The position numbers and the translations under genes were made by a program. DNA of 64,000 nucleotides from Phoronis australis (lineage: Eukaryota > Animalia > Phoronida). How positions within the stretch are numbered: the stretch's first letter is position 1; each line of letters starts with the position of its first letter. Where the stretch lies: NCBI GenBank assembly GCA_002633005.1, contig NMRA01000237.1, forward strand, positions 62,001-126,000. The letters run 5' to 3'. Positions 35,201-50,200 of the stretch are shown here, piece after piece. The notes beneath the pieces are model-generated. The model had not been told where the DNA came from. It worked only from the letters and a program-made list of their open reading frames with translations, and made no database searches.

Positions 35201-38200
35201 CGCTCCAGTTGCAGGAAGAACACAGTCAACTACTAATGAGACTCAATGTAAGTGGCTGCCATTTTTGAAACCACAATACTCATCGCTGCTCCCCCCCTGG
35301 GTCATGATGGACAATGACCCGTGACGACAGGTCATTCCAATGACTCAGGTTGTGACTATTGTTTGCACTCTGTCCTCATAACGGGGAATTCATGGCCATT
35401 TTGTGGGATTATTTTTGTATGTTGCAATATTTGCTGTCTCATTCGCTTCAGTTTGCACATCTGCAAAACTGGCAAAAAGTCACAAATTCCACCCAGTGCA
35501 CTAAAAACGTCAACTTCAGTCTGGAGTAAGTCAAGTTGATTTGACAAATTTTGTTGCTGAATCTGTTGATGAATTCCGCTTGTAATTGCATAAAGTCAGG
35601 AGTGCTCGATTTCGGTAGAATCTGATCAATTTGGACAAAAATATTTGCATTCTTGTGAATGCCCAAAATCTTTCAAAATGTTTTCCGATGATACAGAACT
35701 TGAACATGGTAAGGCGCAGGTTGGTGCTACGTATTTGCTGTGGAAAAATGAGGAAATAAAATTTCCCATGGCCACTTAATTGTGTCCTTACTTGGTGGGA
35801 TTTTACTGTACTGTACTATGATGTGGCCAACAGATGGCGTGCTGACAAGACTTAAAATGTTTGCAACATATTTTCCATGCCACATTGAGATTGACATTTT
35901 CCTGTAAACGGTATTGTAAATATCGTGAATTAGATTTGAGGCCATTTACTTATGCCTTAAATTCCGGTGAGATATGAAAACATTCCACTAAGTATTACAG
36001 ATTTTTTTTACTTTTTGACAAGATTTCAGTGGTAGTGCTGTTAGACAGTTCTAGCTGGTTTTGATAAAAACCACCATTTTCTGCACTTAATTACTTTTCT
36101 GATTTTTAAGAGCCATTTCCGTGTTTTATGAAAATTGAGAAGAGTTGTCCATTAAGAATTTAATTTAAGTCATTCTGTTAGAAACAGGAAAATTCTTTCA
36201 TAAGAAAAAACACTTTTCGCTTATAGTGTTAGTGACTTGAATGAAAAAGACTTCTAAATCTTGGAATATATGTGGTAAATTGTAGTAAATTGTAGTGAAT
36301 ATCTGCTTGATAAAAGCACTGTGGAACCCTGGCCTTGAAATTTTATGCGGCAGAATTTAACCTAATGTTGTTTTAAAAGAATCGCAAAGAAATTTCTTGA
36401 TCTGTGCATCCTTATGACAATCCACTTTGGTGATCACTTTGAATTACGGCCAAAAGGTGTCGCTACATTCTGGGTTTGGGAGCTGTACGCTGTAGTAGAA
36501 TTAACTTTTTGTGAAGCATAACTTCTGCAAAAGCACAATGTCATTTTTCACTAGCCGTTAGAGGAAATGCTAAAATGACAATTTTTTTCTTTTTGGTTTT
36601 CACAGGAGATGCAGGTTTTATTGAATTTCATAGTCTGCAAGATTTTAATTTTGTATTTTAATTGATGAGCTGCTCTTAAAATCGAATCGACGGCTTCATA
36701 CCTTCAAAGATTGCTACTTTCTGAGCACAGGTGAAAGTTTCAGCTGAATGCATATGTTCACAATTGCAAAACTTAATGTGGTGATATAGACCATCAAAAA
36801 AATCCCATCATTGCAGCTGTATGCAGACTACTGGCATTTCTACTTTCCAAATAGCTTTACAAGCTATAGCATGTTATGTAAGCATTTCTGACAGAATAAT
36901 TGAAGGCCATTTCTAGTCCATCTGAAGTACCTGCCCATTGATGTTCAACCTGAGCAATGGCCTCTTATCCAATGCTAAACAGTGGACGCCTATACCATTT
37001 ACCAATTATTTGATCAAGGTCATTGTTCAATTTGAGATTGGGATAGCTACGTTTTCATTCTTGATTTAGACTCTCTTTCTGCTTGGTGGCTCCATTGCAA
37101 GGTTAGTTGTCAGTAGTTTGCTGGGAATTGACGTGAGATTGATATTTTTGCTATTTTCTCTAAGTTTTCTTTGATTTGATTAACCGTAGAACCATAAAAA
37201 AATATCCAAATTTGGCTAATCTCCAAAGATCACATCTCAGAAATGGCTTATCAAGTTCAAACGAAACTTATCAGGTACTTTGCGTTGTGCGCTATTCTTC
37301 AAAGTCATGTTAGGAATTTTTTTAAATAATGCACTTTTGTGAGAGCGTCTATCAATAATAGGCCTTTTTGGGTTTTTTGAAAAAATCCAAATGTTGCATG
37401 AAACAAAAATGAAATAATGTAGAAATCTGTAACAGCGTTTTTGAGATTTCATCTAGGACATTTTTCTCAAGCAAAATTTGTTGTTCCTAAGAAGACATGG
37501 TCACATGGCCTAAGCAACGGCAGAATGGTATTATATTCTACAGGCTTGCTGCTTCCAGAAAACCGATATTTACACCAGGGCTCGATTTGTCGACCGGCAG
37601 CTAGCCAATGGGACTTAAGGTTCTGTTTGAAGACCTTTTGTTAGTTGTAACCATGTCAGAGAAGAAGTACGGCAAATAAGGATTGACATGTAATGGTGAC
37701 GTTTGTAATGTCATTTTTATTAAAAGTTCAAAAAAGGTATTATAATTATGGCTTAATTAAGATTTGAAATGTATTTGTGTATACTAAAAGTAGGAAAGAC
37801 ATTCCTGGGGTTATTTTTACTAGAAATAAAATAGTTGTTGTAATAAAAGAATGCTGAAGAAATGAGGCCCAGTTAGAATAGGTTCCTAGACATTCTTAAA
37901 GGAGAAAGCCAACTTTTATGATGTTCTTTCTTTAAAAATTCAAATGAGTATTTTGATTCTTGCAAGCTAAATAGCGCCTAATTAACATTTAAAATATTCT
38001 TTTTAAGATAAACGTTGATTTGTTTTACTAGTCAAGATTTGACTAAAATATTTGACGATGAGGCAGTGTGGCCTAGTGGGATAAGTGTCCATTCTTAAGT
38101 CATGGTCATTGGTTCGAGTTTCCCTGGGACATACTGCCATATCCTTGAATTTAATAAAGCATGAAAATAGTTCCACCCTAGCGGCCTGTGCACGTCTGGT

Positions 38201-41200
38201 ACACCGTGCACTAGTCCGCCGGCAATTAGTTATTTTTATTATATACTTGGTCCTTAAAACAGTGAAATTCAAACAGTAAAAAATTTCCTTGGAGCCATTA
38301 TTACTCAGCGAAATGGTATTTTTGAAGTACCTAGAAGGTTATTCTATAATAAATTGTTTTCATTTTTACGTGTGCTGTAGTTCGCATTTTGCCAATTAAC
38401 ATAATGAAATGTACACTTGTCATAACTTGAGGCGTATTGTTTTTTGTCACATTCTTCATATCCAAAGTAGCGGATATGGTGTTAAAGGAGAATGCCACCC
38501 GATTTAATTAGTCTTTTTTACCGTCTTAATCGGCCTATATCCACATTGCCTCTTATACGGTCGACCTCACCTTGCCGAGAGGCGTTGCGTTAACCTGCGA
38601 GGAAGGTGAGAAAAGACTCAGCGACGTCAGTGGTTCGTCTGCAGAGTGAATGCCGCTATATTGCTGTGCATCGTTCCCTCTTGTCCAAACTATGAAGCTG
38701 AGAAGAAACCTGGTATATCGTTTTTTTTACTTCCTCTAGCGCCCGAAATGCTTAGGAAGTGGCTCGCGGTAGTGAAGAATGAAAGGTACGTTGTTAATAG
38801 CAAGTGTGAGGCCGTGAAACATCTCCGTGTCTGTGGCCGGCATTTCGTCGACAGTGATTTCTCTGACGAATTCCGGCTTACCAGAGAACTATCCATACAT
38901 TCCGTTGCCTGTGCATGTTGTCGGCGCGGTTCGAACTGATAGCCTGTGAAACCTAGCGATCCGACCCATGAAGTTTTCGTCGGATGAGCTCTTGACTAAA
39001 TCAGGATTGGCGCCGGGCGAGTTGCCATGTAGACGTTTATTATTCTGCGTTCTGTTTCGAAATGATTATTCTCATCATAGCCAATGCTTATATAAAACTG
39101 AAACAAAGTCTGTCTCATTAGATACAATTTGTAATGCCTTTGCAGTATTTGGGAGTGCAAATGTTGAGAAGCCAGTAATGAATAAACCACTGCGTTAGCG
39201 GCTTTTGATGCGGGCAATAACGGTAATTGACCAGGCACTGAGGCCGTGTGAGCGCATGCTAATTCAGTGTTTGCTGACAGAAAGCTGTTGTGAAATAATT
39301 ACTCGATTTTATACGCTATGGTCATATGTTAGGGGTGAATCCTTATTTATAAATACAAATAGATTATTCAAATTATTGTTACTGTACAACCTTTGCCCTG
39401 ACGATCTGTGGAAGGGGAACCCGACTTTGCGTCCCCCGACAAGGAAGTAGATTTTCAGTTTCGTGGCTAATTCACATAAATAATTACGTGCACATTATTT
39501 CTTTGGCTCTCTATCATAGTCTTTTTGTGATTGGAGGTTTAGTTTCCAACTCAAGCTAGTTTATGTTCGTGCCAGTCCCGGCACCACAACGGGCCTGATC
39601 GGGTTCCGAGCCACTGGCCGGGATAACAAGTGTTTTTTGTGTTTAGAACTTAAAAAATCACAAGCCTAAACAACACAGATCTAGGTTCTCCTGCCTGTAT
39701 TTCACAGAAGATTACCGAACAGACCCCAAACTCCTGCTACGGACCTTGGTAAATTGGCCTGCCGACCTTTGTAGGCTAGCCTACGGTGTGTCCAAATATC
39801 AATAAATCCGTAACAGCGAAATAAAACAACACGTTTTTATAAGAACTCAGAGGGTTTTACATCAAAGTTTGATGATTTATTGGTGTTAAACGATGAATTC
39901 AAACGATAAGCTGACACCAGTAACCCATGTTGTGAACTGCTGAACAGACTGCGTGTGAAACCAATGACGCCATTGGATAATTTCAACATCTCTGTCTGCC
40001 GTCAGGTGTCGGGTAACGCAGTCGAACGTGCCGTTATCGAGTAGAACTACTCGATCTAAATTGATACAAAATAGGATGTTTTTGGGTAGCATTCTCCTTT
40101 AATTTTATTTTCAAAATCTCTCTTAAACTCGCCCTAAAAGACTGGAATTATTGCCCTCAAAAGTGGCATGTATATAAAACAAGACTGTTATATATGTGTT
40201 GTTTTCTTGTTTGTATTGTAGTCCAGCTTGGCAAATGTCCATGGAAGGCACATTTGAGACAAGTGTTTGTTTTAAGGGGACCATTCTCTCCAGGTGTGAG
40301 ATAGGGTCTGTGTTTACCTTCAAACTTTATAGAATGAAATCGACTCCTAATCCGTCTGCATACAGGCCTGTCTGTTAAATATAGAAGAACACGAAGTCAG
40401 CCTGTGAGGTAGCTTATATTGGGAAGCCACTTGGTGTACTGTGACATTAGAGTGCCTTTAGAGGATGGCAGTGTACTGCGTGTAGTGTTTGTAGGATTTG
40501 TACATACCGTTGTAGACTTGGGAGTTTCAAAGGTATTCACCTGATTGGTAATTAGTTTAGTTCAGCGTGGTTTTAACTTTGGAAACGTTTTTGTCTTGTG
40601 GTTTGCACTTTCTTGACTTGTCAGTTTTCAATAGTTTCTTAATATTCTTGTAGTTAACGTCCTAGATTGGACATCCGTTGCTTGTTGCCATATGGACATT
40701 CGTGTGGTGCCCAATGCCCTTAAACTTTATTAATCTGGTTATATCTTAATCAGTTGCCGTCAGGAGATGACAATTCTTCAAGTAACTGATTTCTGCAGAG
40801 GTTTTAAAACTGAAAAAGGGTCACTTTTTTCTGTTGTCCTCATCAACTTGGAAAGCTATATGGTAGAACAGTGGAATTTTATTTTTTTCATAAGTCTGAA
40901 CAAAATAAAGAGGAAGAAAATTTCACTTCATTCCCAACACAGTTTGTATTGTGAGTGAGGACGTGAAATTTTGAGCGTTTTTAGAACCGCATTGCCACGC
41001 CTTTAGGCCCATACCCAAATAATGCCTTTTTTCGCAGCCTTCTTTTTACCCAAGTGGTTCGCAAATTGGTGCATGCGCAAAAGTTTCGCATATAAGCGCA
41101 GTTCTCCATGTTCCCAAGTTTTGCATATAAGCGCATTTCCGCGCAGACGTCCTTGGGCTTTATGGTAATGCAGTGAGTGTTTGAACACAGGTGTAACTAG

Positions 41201-44200
41201 GAGGGGGTGACAATCCTAGCTGCATCACTGCTTTTGAAAAGACAGAACAATGTCAATTTTAGCAATCATCTTTGTTCGAATTTTTATTGCTATTTTACTA
41301 TTCCAAATCCTTGCTGCTAATTTCCAGGCCAAACAAGACGAGATTCGCGAATTGCTGGCCCGTGCTGATGAAGCGGTAACTCACCAGAGATCGTATAGTG
41401 AGGTCTACGAAGCCATGGCCGACACTCTCGGTGAAGCGTGGAAGGATCTCAACGCTCAGCTAGAACTGAGGAGACAACTGCTGGAACAGAGTGTCAACTT
41501 TCACCGTGACGCTAACCAGGTAGGGTGTGAACCAATGGTAGTGGGACTTCTCTCCGAAAGCTTGTGGAAAATGGGAAAAAAGGGTAAATGGTCATGGGAA
41601 ATTTTATGAAGTAAATAAAACTACTTTTTGGGGTAGAAATGGCTCATGGAAACCAAAAATTGTATGCTGAAAAACTCATTAAACATGAAAACACAATATG
41701 ATTTGGCACTATGTACATGTCTGTTATTGCCGTCACTGATTTTCATTTCAGTTCTCCTCCAGGATGCAGGAGGCGATCGAGCGCTTCAGTCACGTAACCG
41801 TGGCTCAGGACGTGGAAACAGCCACCCAGCTACTGCGGCAGCACCAGGACATCAAGAAAGGTAATAACACACAGCCACTGTTTTGTTGGATTTAGCTATG
41901 TCAACAGGGATCAGTGTGTTTTGGTCATTAGAAAGGATTAGGTGAGGTTATTAGGCCCTGAGACTGCCAATTCCATTGCGTAAGTCGTCCATTTCCCCAG
42001 GAGTGATGAAGGAGGGGTGGTATTGGTTTTGTGGCGAAATATTCTACAGCGAATGTAGTTGATTTTCTGCAACTTTGTGAACCTACCCACAGGCATAAAA
42101 GCTTCTACCAGAGTACAGTAAAGCTTTAAACAGTTCCACCTTCCGCTATTAAGTTATTAATGTTTTATTAACATCTAAGACAGACATGTATTATTGACAA
42201 GTATCCATTTATAATTTTTGATTTCATTTAAGTCCATGGCTACACAACTTATTCCATAGATTATGATAAATGACACCAATTTAGCACACAGTATTGGTGA
42301 CACATGAAATTTTACTATTTCGTTTTCTCATAAGACAAGTGGCATCAAGCAAATACTTTGTAATTATTGAAGTTCTTCATCATGGGTTCCATACAACAAT
42401 GTTAGAAATCCTTAAATAATGAAAAAAGTTAATTTTACCCAATTATTTTGGTCCAAAACCAGTGAGATACTACCCTGTCCAGATTGCTATAGAGACTTGC
42501 CAGCACATCAGTCGTGTTACTACATACTGTGCTTTGAAACATCGACCTTTTAGTTGGCGCGGTGTCCATATGTACAAATGCCTGAACTAGGAAGTCCTGA
42601 GAAAATCCATAAAATTGCACTATAATAATACTCAGATACAGTACTAGACAAAAGTTGCCAGACAAGATACTGTTTTCACATAATGCCGGCTAATTCTGTT
42701 AACAGCAAAAATCGATGTTAGTAGATATTAGGGAAGCAAAATTCTAATTACAGAATGACTTTGCCACCTTACTAACATTCGTGATTATTCCCCTTCATTC
42801 TCGCTCATCAGGGGAGATTACTCTGACTATGAATTCAGCTTCCGACTAGCCGCCATGACTGGGATTTCATATCATTTTATCTGAATACGTTTGGCTTGCA
42901 CTGTATGTTATAGTTTCTGCTGTGGTAGCTGTTCCATTATTATCAACCTCACTTCCTGTCCGCTTTCAGCCATCTTGGAGTCGTCCATGCACACGTTGAG
43001 CCAAGGACATGCTCTTCTGGACCGTATCCGTGAGATGGGCGCTCAAGCGGACGTGCAGAACCGTCACGCGACCACCGCCGCCTGTTACGGCATTGAACAC
43101 ATGCTGGAACTGCTGCACGACCGTCGGCGACACCTGGAGGACTTGTGGCTACAACGCAAGGTCAAGCTGGAACAGTGTCTGCAGCTGTGCCAACTGGACC
43201 GAGAGATTAAAAAGGTAATGTGACAGCAGACTTAATTGGTCACTTTGCGGTCTGTTGGGGTTTGGTGCATTACAGGGACAGCCGGTGGAATACTCACAGC
43301 AATTTCTNNNNNNNNNNNNNNNNNNNNNNNNNNNNNNNNNNNNNGGGGGGGGGGGGGTGCATTTAATGGAAGTATTGTTATCAGTTTCCAAATTTCGGTG
43401 TGCAGTTCCTTGCTAGTTTATACTGTTGCCACAAATCATGTCATTTACTAACAAATTTCACCCCAATCGCAGATCATGGACTGGTACCACGGCACAGGTG
43501 ACCCATACGTGCGACAGACTTACCTAGGAGATTCACTGTCCTCCACACAGCAGTTGTGTGAGGAACACCACAAATTTGAGATTCATGCCAAGGTAAGAGG
43601 TGTTGCCTTGATAGCGATGCTGGTGTGAATTGTTTAGCAACAACTTAACATAGCTGTAAGCAATGTACTGTATGAGAGAGTAGTTGAAACAGTTATCATG
43701 ATTTCACCCAAATAAATGTTTAGCAGTTATCATAATAAATTCACTTAATAAATGTTAGACAATTATCATGATTTCACCCCAAATGAATGTTAAACAGTTA
43801 TCATGATTTCACTCCAAGTAAATGTTAAATTATAGTTATTTCTCTCCAAATAAATGTTAGATTTCACCCCATATGAATCTTAAACAATTAACATGATTTC
43901 ATACCAAATGAATGCTAAACAGTTCTCATGATTCACCCCAAATGAATGTTAAACAGTTATGATTTTACCTCAAATAAATGTTATATTTCATCCCGAACAG
44001 TTATCATGATTTTACCCTAAATGAATGTTAAACAGGTATCATTGGCTTTATCACGAATAATGACGTATGATGCATGGGCAGCTGGAATAAAAAGTGATAT
44101 GCCACACGTAGCTGGTGAATATTATCTCGTAACCCAAGTTATCCTACTGTGTCTAACCAATCAGAGGATGGAAATATCAGTGGTTGTGTAATAATAATAA

Positions 44201-47200
44201 TAATAAATAAGTGAGAGGTCGCTCAGCATTTGAAATATCTCTACTTTAGCTTCACCTCCACACAGAACGAATTTTTTGAAAATAAATGCAGATATCAGAA
44301 AGTCTGATCTATTGTTAAGTGTTCCCTGCAGTCATTTGTCCAGTATTACAGACACTGGTACACAGGCTGACTGCCTACAACACTTCAAAGAGTTACCACT
44401 GTAGTCATTGCTGCTGTGATAATTGCTCTGTTTCATGCAAAAAGAACTTCAATCAGCATTCATAGTAATTACTAGGGTTTTCTGCAGTGATTTTTGTACA
44501 TATCTTTTGACAAAGTTTATGGTACTGTGTAACGATGTTTCTAACGAACAGTACGGTAAGTTGACATTGTCGCCAAGTTTACGTAGTCTTCGTCTTTTCT
44601 CAGGACATACAAGAGACGGTGATGCGTGTCATACGGACGGCCGATCACCTCATTCACTCTGTCCATTTCGACACAAACGCCGTCAGAGAACGACTGAAAT
44701 TTGTCGACGAGTCCTGCGAGAGCTTCATGATGCGTTTGGACAACAAACGAAAGAACCTACAAATGGCGTTCAACTTCTTTGGACTTGCACAAAATGTAGG
44801 TTCTGGACAGTTTCTAGTGTTGTTAGCATTCTTTTCTAATTTTATGGTATTTTAGTGATCTGAAAAAGAAAAATGCCTTGAATGAAATTTATTTCAGCTG
44901 CCATTTTACCCGACAAACAACACGTTGCCGGGTAAAAGTTATTGTTTGCTTGTTGACATTTCGTAAGGGGGCGGAACTTGCGGTGGGTCAATTAAGAGAG
45001 GAACCACCATATTTTCGGTCTGCACTAGGTATTGTGACTCTTTCCTTACAGGCCCTATCCAAACTGGACCAGATTCAAGGTGACTTGATGAGGACAGACC
45101 AGGCACGGAACAGTGCAGCTCTGGCCGAGCATCATGCCTCCCTGGCGCACGCCATTATGGAGGCAGTGACGCCCGCGCTTCACGAGGGTCATACTCTTCT
45201 TGAGAGGGTCGGGAGAGATGAGCCTGGAGCGGAGGGTGTCGTCAGGAAGGTAACTACGATTTCTTCAGAAAGATGCATGAAGTTTCGTTAAAAGTTGGCT
45301 AGTTTCACTTTTAGTTAAGATAAACCTGGTAAAAGAAGTGTGATGGAAATAATTGCAAGCTGTTGCTGTTTTTGTTAAAAGAGTAAACTGATTTTCAAGG
45401 CATATTCGCATGTAACTTTTATACTTTGATGTTCTTAAACTGAACACTTATCTATAGTGAGTGTTTTTAGATTGGGCTCTTTCAATGTCCATTGATGAAA
45501 ATTCTTTGAACCCCATCTTGAAGTTTCCGTTACAAAAAGGATTATGCATCCTATCAATTTACAGAACTCATGTAACAATTTCCTTCCGGTCATAATAACC
45601 CTTTCCTACAGTGAAATAAATGACATGTTTCGACGTTTTCACGGGTAACAGGCTGGAAGAAAACTGGCTTCTGACTATTCTCTGTCTCATTTTTGACTAC
45701 ATGATTGACTGTGTGGTACACTGGTTGTTGTTCAGATGTCGGAGCTGGAGTCACGCTCTTCTAACCTGGAACAACTGTGCAATATGCGTTCAGCTGAGGC
45801 AGACCAGAGAAGTAAAGCTCACAGTGCGTTCAATGACAAATATACCAGTGTAAGTGGGCTGCATGTCTCAATTATAGTTATGGGAAGATTAAACCATTCG
45901 GTTTGTTTGAACAATCTATTTATACGCTCGCTCCCTTTGTGGTTTCTGCTGTGACTCTTTTGCAGTCTGGTTAATTATTCGAGTACCTGTTTTTGGGTTG
46001 TTCTAAGGACTCTTGCAAAAACAATGTTGAGAAGTATCTATGTATGAAAGAAATTATGTGTTATATTCTTCAACTCGCCGCATTTTGTAAAATTAAAATT
46101 TAAAAGCGAACCAGATGGAACTTGCTTTTGTGTTCCCACTTCACTAAAGAGCTGTACGCACCCTAAGTGACATCTATGTGTTTCACGTTACAGATGTACA
46201 CATGGCTTAGACACGTAGGTGAGGCGGCCCTGAGTCAGCACCGCGACTTGGGCACCACTTTGAACACAGCTAAGGACTTTTTGGATGTTCATGAGCAGCT
46301 AGAGGAAGACATTAGAGTAAGTGGTAGAGAAATAATGGAAACTTGTGGCTAAGGTGACCTCGGTGTGAACGCTGTGATTTGGGCGCTAATCTTATTGGAT
46401 ATTCACAAACATCTAGGGGAAGGTATTGGGATAAGTACTGATGGAAGACTTCAGGGGAAGAGCTAAGTCTATGCCAAGGAGTTCCCATGAGTCGTAATCA
46501 GATGACCAGTGCAATGGGCCTAGTGAGGCTATCTGTCACTTTAAATTTGAAGTTGCTGGACCCGAGTTTGGCGAAAAAGACTTAAAATTAAACAAGAATT
46601 TTTTGTCTGTTGTTCATCGAAACAAATGTCGTCCTTAATTCGGGTACAAAAATCCTCAAAGCTGCATGTCCTTAGATTGCACCAATGATGGGAAATTTTA
46701 ATTGGGGTCCCAAGAAAATAGTGTCAATCAAATGCATGTGACCTCAATCAAAGTTTTTGTGAAAACTCGTTGAATCTTCTCTAGTTTCAGTTCTAAACAA
46801 TTCAAAACCAAACAAGAATAGCCAAAAGGACTCTTTATTTAGACACCAGCTAATTTTACTTACTTATTTTTTCAATGTTTGTGGTTCAGTGAACTTTTTC
46901 AGACAATGCTGGTTTCCATATTTTGAAAATGACTTTAACCTGGGTTTCATCAAAGAAGCTAATCTTAAACTTTAGTCGTTTTTTGCAGTCAGTTTCATTA
47001 TGTTCCTTTCTCAGATGAGAAATGATTTCTGGACTTGCAAAAAGCGAGAGTTCACTCTTTCTCGAGATGATGCTCTGTGCATAGAATGACACACTGCGAC
47101 ATGCTAACTTGTAGAGCCGTGTCTCAAGCAAATAGTAATACGGACTTCAGTCCTTTTGAATCCCTAATTTTACTAAGGAACGATCTAAGGCCATTTTCAT

Positions 47201-50200
47201 AACGGTAAACAATGTAAATTGGAAGTTGGTTTTGTGATGGATGATGGTTTTATAGCTGCATAAACCAACATACAGTTTGGTCTTAGCTGCCTAATGCTTT
47301 GCGTATTTTGTTGCATGTCAACCACTGTACAGTACTAACCTTTCTTTCTATTCCAGGGTCGCGACAAGGAGTTGGACACACTGGGCCAGATAGCCAATGA
47401 CGTTGTTCGCTCTGGCGACCAGGGGTCAACCGAGGTCGTCCAACGCGCCAACTCGCTGGCACAACAATGGAAGAATGTGCACTACATTGTGGAGAAACGA
47501 GTCAGGCTGTCTCTGCTTTACGTCACATTCCACAAGCAGGCCAATCAGGTGAGGCTGTAAAACATCTCGTCCACGTCACGTGTAGGGGGTGGCACCAACA
47601 ATACCTGAGCGAATGGGGAAATGGCTGCCCTAGGGGCGAGCAAGTGACAAGAAACTATAGGGGGACTCTGACGCTCTCTTGAGAGGCCTGGTGTTAGGAG
47701 ATGTTTCTGGCGAGCTAGTGGTCAAACGTGTTGTATACTAAGTCTCTTTTGAAAAATTGAAAGTTTATGCTTTGGGTGTAATTTCAGGAAAGTAAAGCAT
47801 TGAAGTTGATCGTATTCTGTTTGAAAGGCTGTTACCAAAATGCCTGAAAATGCACGGCAGTCTTGATATCTACATTAAGCAATATTGAGTTCGAACGGAT
47901 ATCACCAACTTCTAAGTAGAATAAATATAATTTGCAGAGGCAATCCACAAACTCCTCTAGGTTGATAGTGTAATTTTCACTGTAAACAGCGTCTAATGAG
48001 TCATTCTTATCAAAGCTGAGGTTTCTAAACATTGTATTGTTTGTTATTAAATGTTCACATGTAATTGCCATCCATAGCTCGGCATTGAACTGGATGGTCT
48101 GGAGGACTTATTGAACCGGGACTCACACCATGTGAACGAGGCGGTGATGTTACACATGAACAAGAAGTACACAGACGTGAACACACTGTGTCTGGCGACA
48201 GAGGACAGTGGACACAAGTTCCTGCAGGAGACACAGAGGGTGGGTGATGATTACTGTCTGAGTCACAGGGGGGCATTGGTTTGAAATAGACTGCAGGCTG
48301 GGTTACCAGTGTTGAATGCTAATCAATATTTATGTCTAGATTTTGAAACTAGTGCTTCATTCTCTAAATGAGGGAGGTTTATCTGTATTATAAACTGGGC
48401 GATGTTACTATTATTGCGTGTTAATAGATCTCCAATATATTGAAATTATTTTCCCTGCCGGTCTGACACACAGAGGCTAGCTTATATTACCCCTTATGAG
48501 AGATGACCTTGTTTTTCAAAATACATTGAAGTCTACCCGTAATTCTTTGTTCAGTTCTAATTTCTTCCGTTACCTGCATTTTTATAGCAAAATGTTCAAT
48601 CTGCAATGCGTGGTTGACAACTCTGCTTTCAAGTCTTAATTATAACAGGAAATAGTTAACAACCGCTTTGATAATAATCAATTATGTCGTATTTACTACA
48701 TACGCAACCATTTCGTTTTAACTCCAAACAGCAACACTGGAAAGAAACCACACCAGTAGGGCAAGCAATACAAAGAACAGATCAGAGCCAAAATGAGCAG
48801 ACTAGAACAAAAAATTGGCAGGAGTCAAAGCCATAGTTGTAACTTCATAGATGTACTATTGTTACGGTGCTCAAAAAGAGGAACATTTTGTTGTGTGTGA
48901 ACTCCAAGACTTAAACTAGTAATTAATCACTTATACAGTGCACTTTTTCTCTGCTTCAAAAGGAATGTATTTTTTGTTAACAATTTTCATTACAATATTC
49001 AAATTGTCATTTTAATTGCTTAAATGTCTGTACTCATTTTCGACAAAGATTCAAGATGATGAAAAACTCGAACCAAAGAGGGCGACACTTACCGTGGAAA
49101 CGCTGATGTCGCAGCTGAAGGAGCGTAAGCGTAAAATCACGGAGTATTACGAGAACTGGGAGCTTAAAGTGGCCACGGACAAAGACTTCAAGAAACGTTG
49201 GACGCAGTTTGTGGAAGAATCTCGCAAGGTAGGGGTCATGAGGTGGCTCAGGGAGAGGAAAGGGTTGGATGTGCGCGCGGGTTCAACGTGTTGTTGTGGA
49301 AAATAAAATGGGACTGTTTACTGCACATTGTTATTTTGATATTTGTTCTTATTAACTCTCAGGGCATTTATATTCAACACCTGAAAATTGGGGAGGATGT
49401 CAAGCAATTACATTATGTTGAACATGTGCGTTCAGATGTGGAATCTTCGTTGTTGAAGCAATCAGTGGATGCCATTCAGTGTTTGTGGTTTGGTTGCATG
49501 GTATTAGGAACACCATCTCAATGTATAGTGAAATACAAAATGGAGGGTTCCACCCCAAAACTGATGAAAATCATTAATAGTGTTGTAAGAGATGGTGCTA
49601 CATAGGGCTGTAAGGATTTGTTGATGTTTTGGTTGAATTTCAGTAGATGTGGAGTTTTGAATTGAATTTGATGTAATTTGACACTTTGTTTTGAAATGTC
49701 ATGTTTTATTGTGTGTGTCTGTTGTGGATTATGATGTGGGTATCAGCATGTTAATGTTTGCAAAGTTTGATGTAGGAGTTAGTATAGAACTTAGCAAACA
49801 CAGACTTATGTACTTGACTTCTTCTTTTGGAGAGTTGATGGGATTTTATATTGCTTTTGAAAACAATTGATTGCATTGTCACTCATAAAAATTACGCACA
49901 AGTTACAAGAAAAATGTGGACTAATGTTGCGAAAAAAAAATTATCAGTTGCATTTGTTTATATAACGTCCCATTGTGTTTTGTTGTTATTTGTTATTCGT
50001 TATTTGTTGTATTCTGTTTAGTAGATACTTTAATGTAGTGGGTACTAACTTGCATCATTAATTCATCGTTCCTCGTCACTTTATGTTTTTGTTGTTCATA
50101 TCACTTTTTTCTCACATTTTGTGGCCAATGCTTATAAAATCACTGTATATTTAATTAATCAGTGTTGTTTATTTTGACACATTTTACATTGTAGTCCATC

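Noticed and set aside
49363-49480. Possible third alternative exon (GIYIQHLKIGEDVKQ...) after a ctctcag acceptor
   Set aside because: No spectrin Trp motif, no clear similarity to exons A and B, and no convincing donor.
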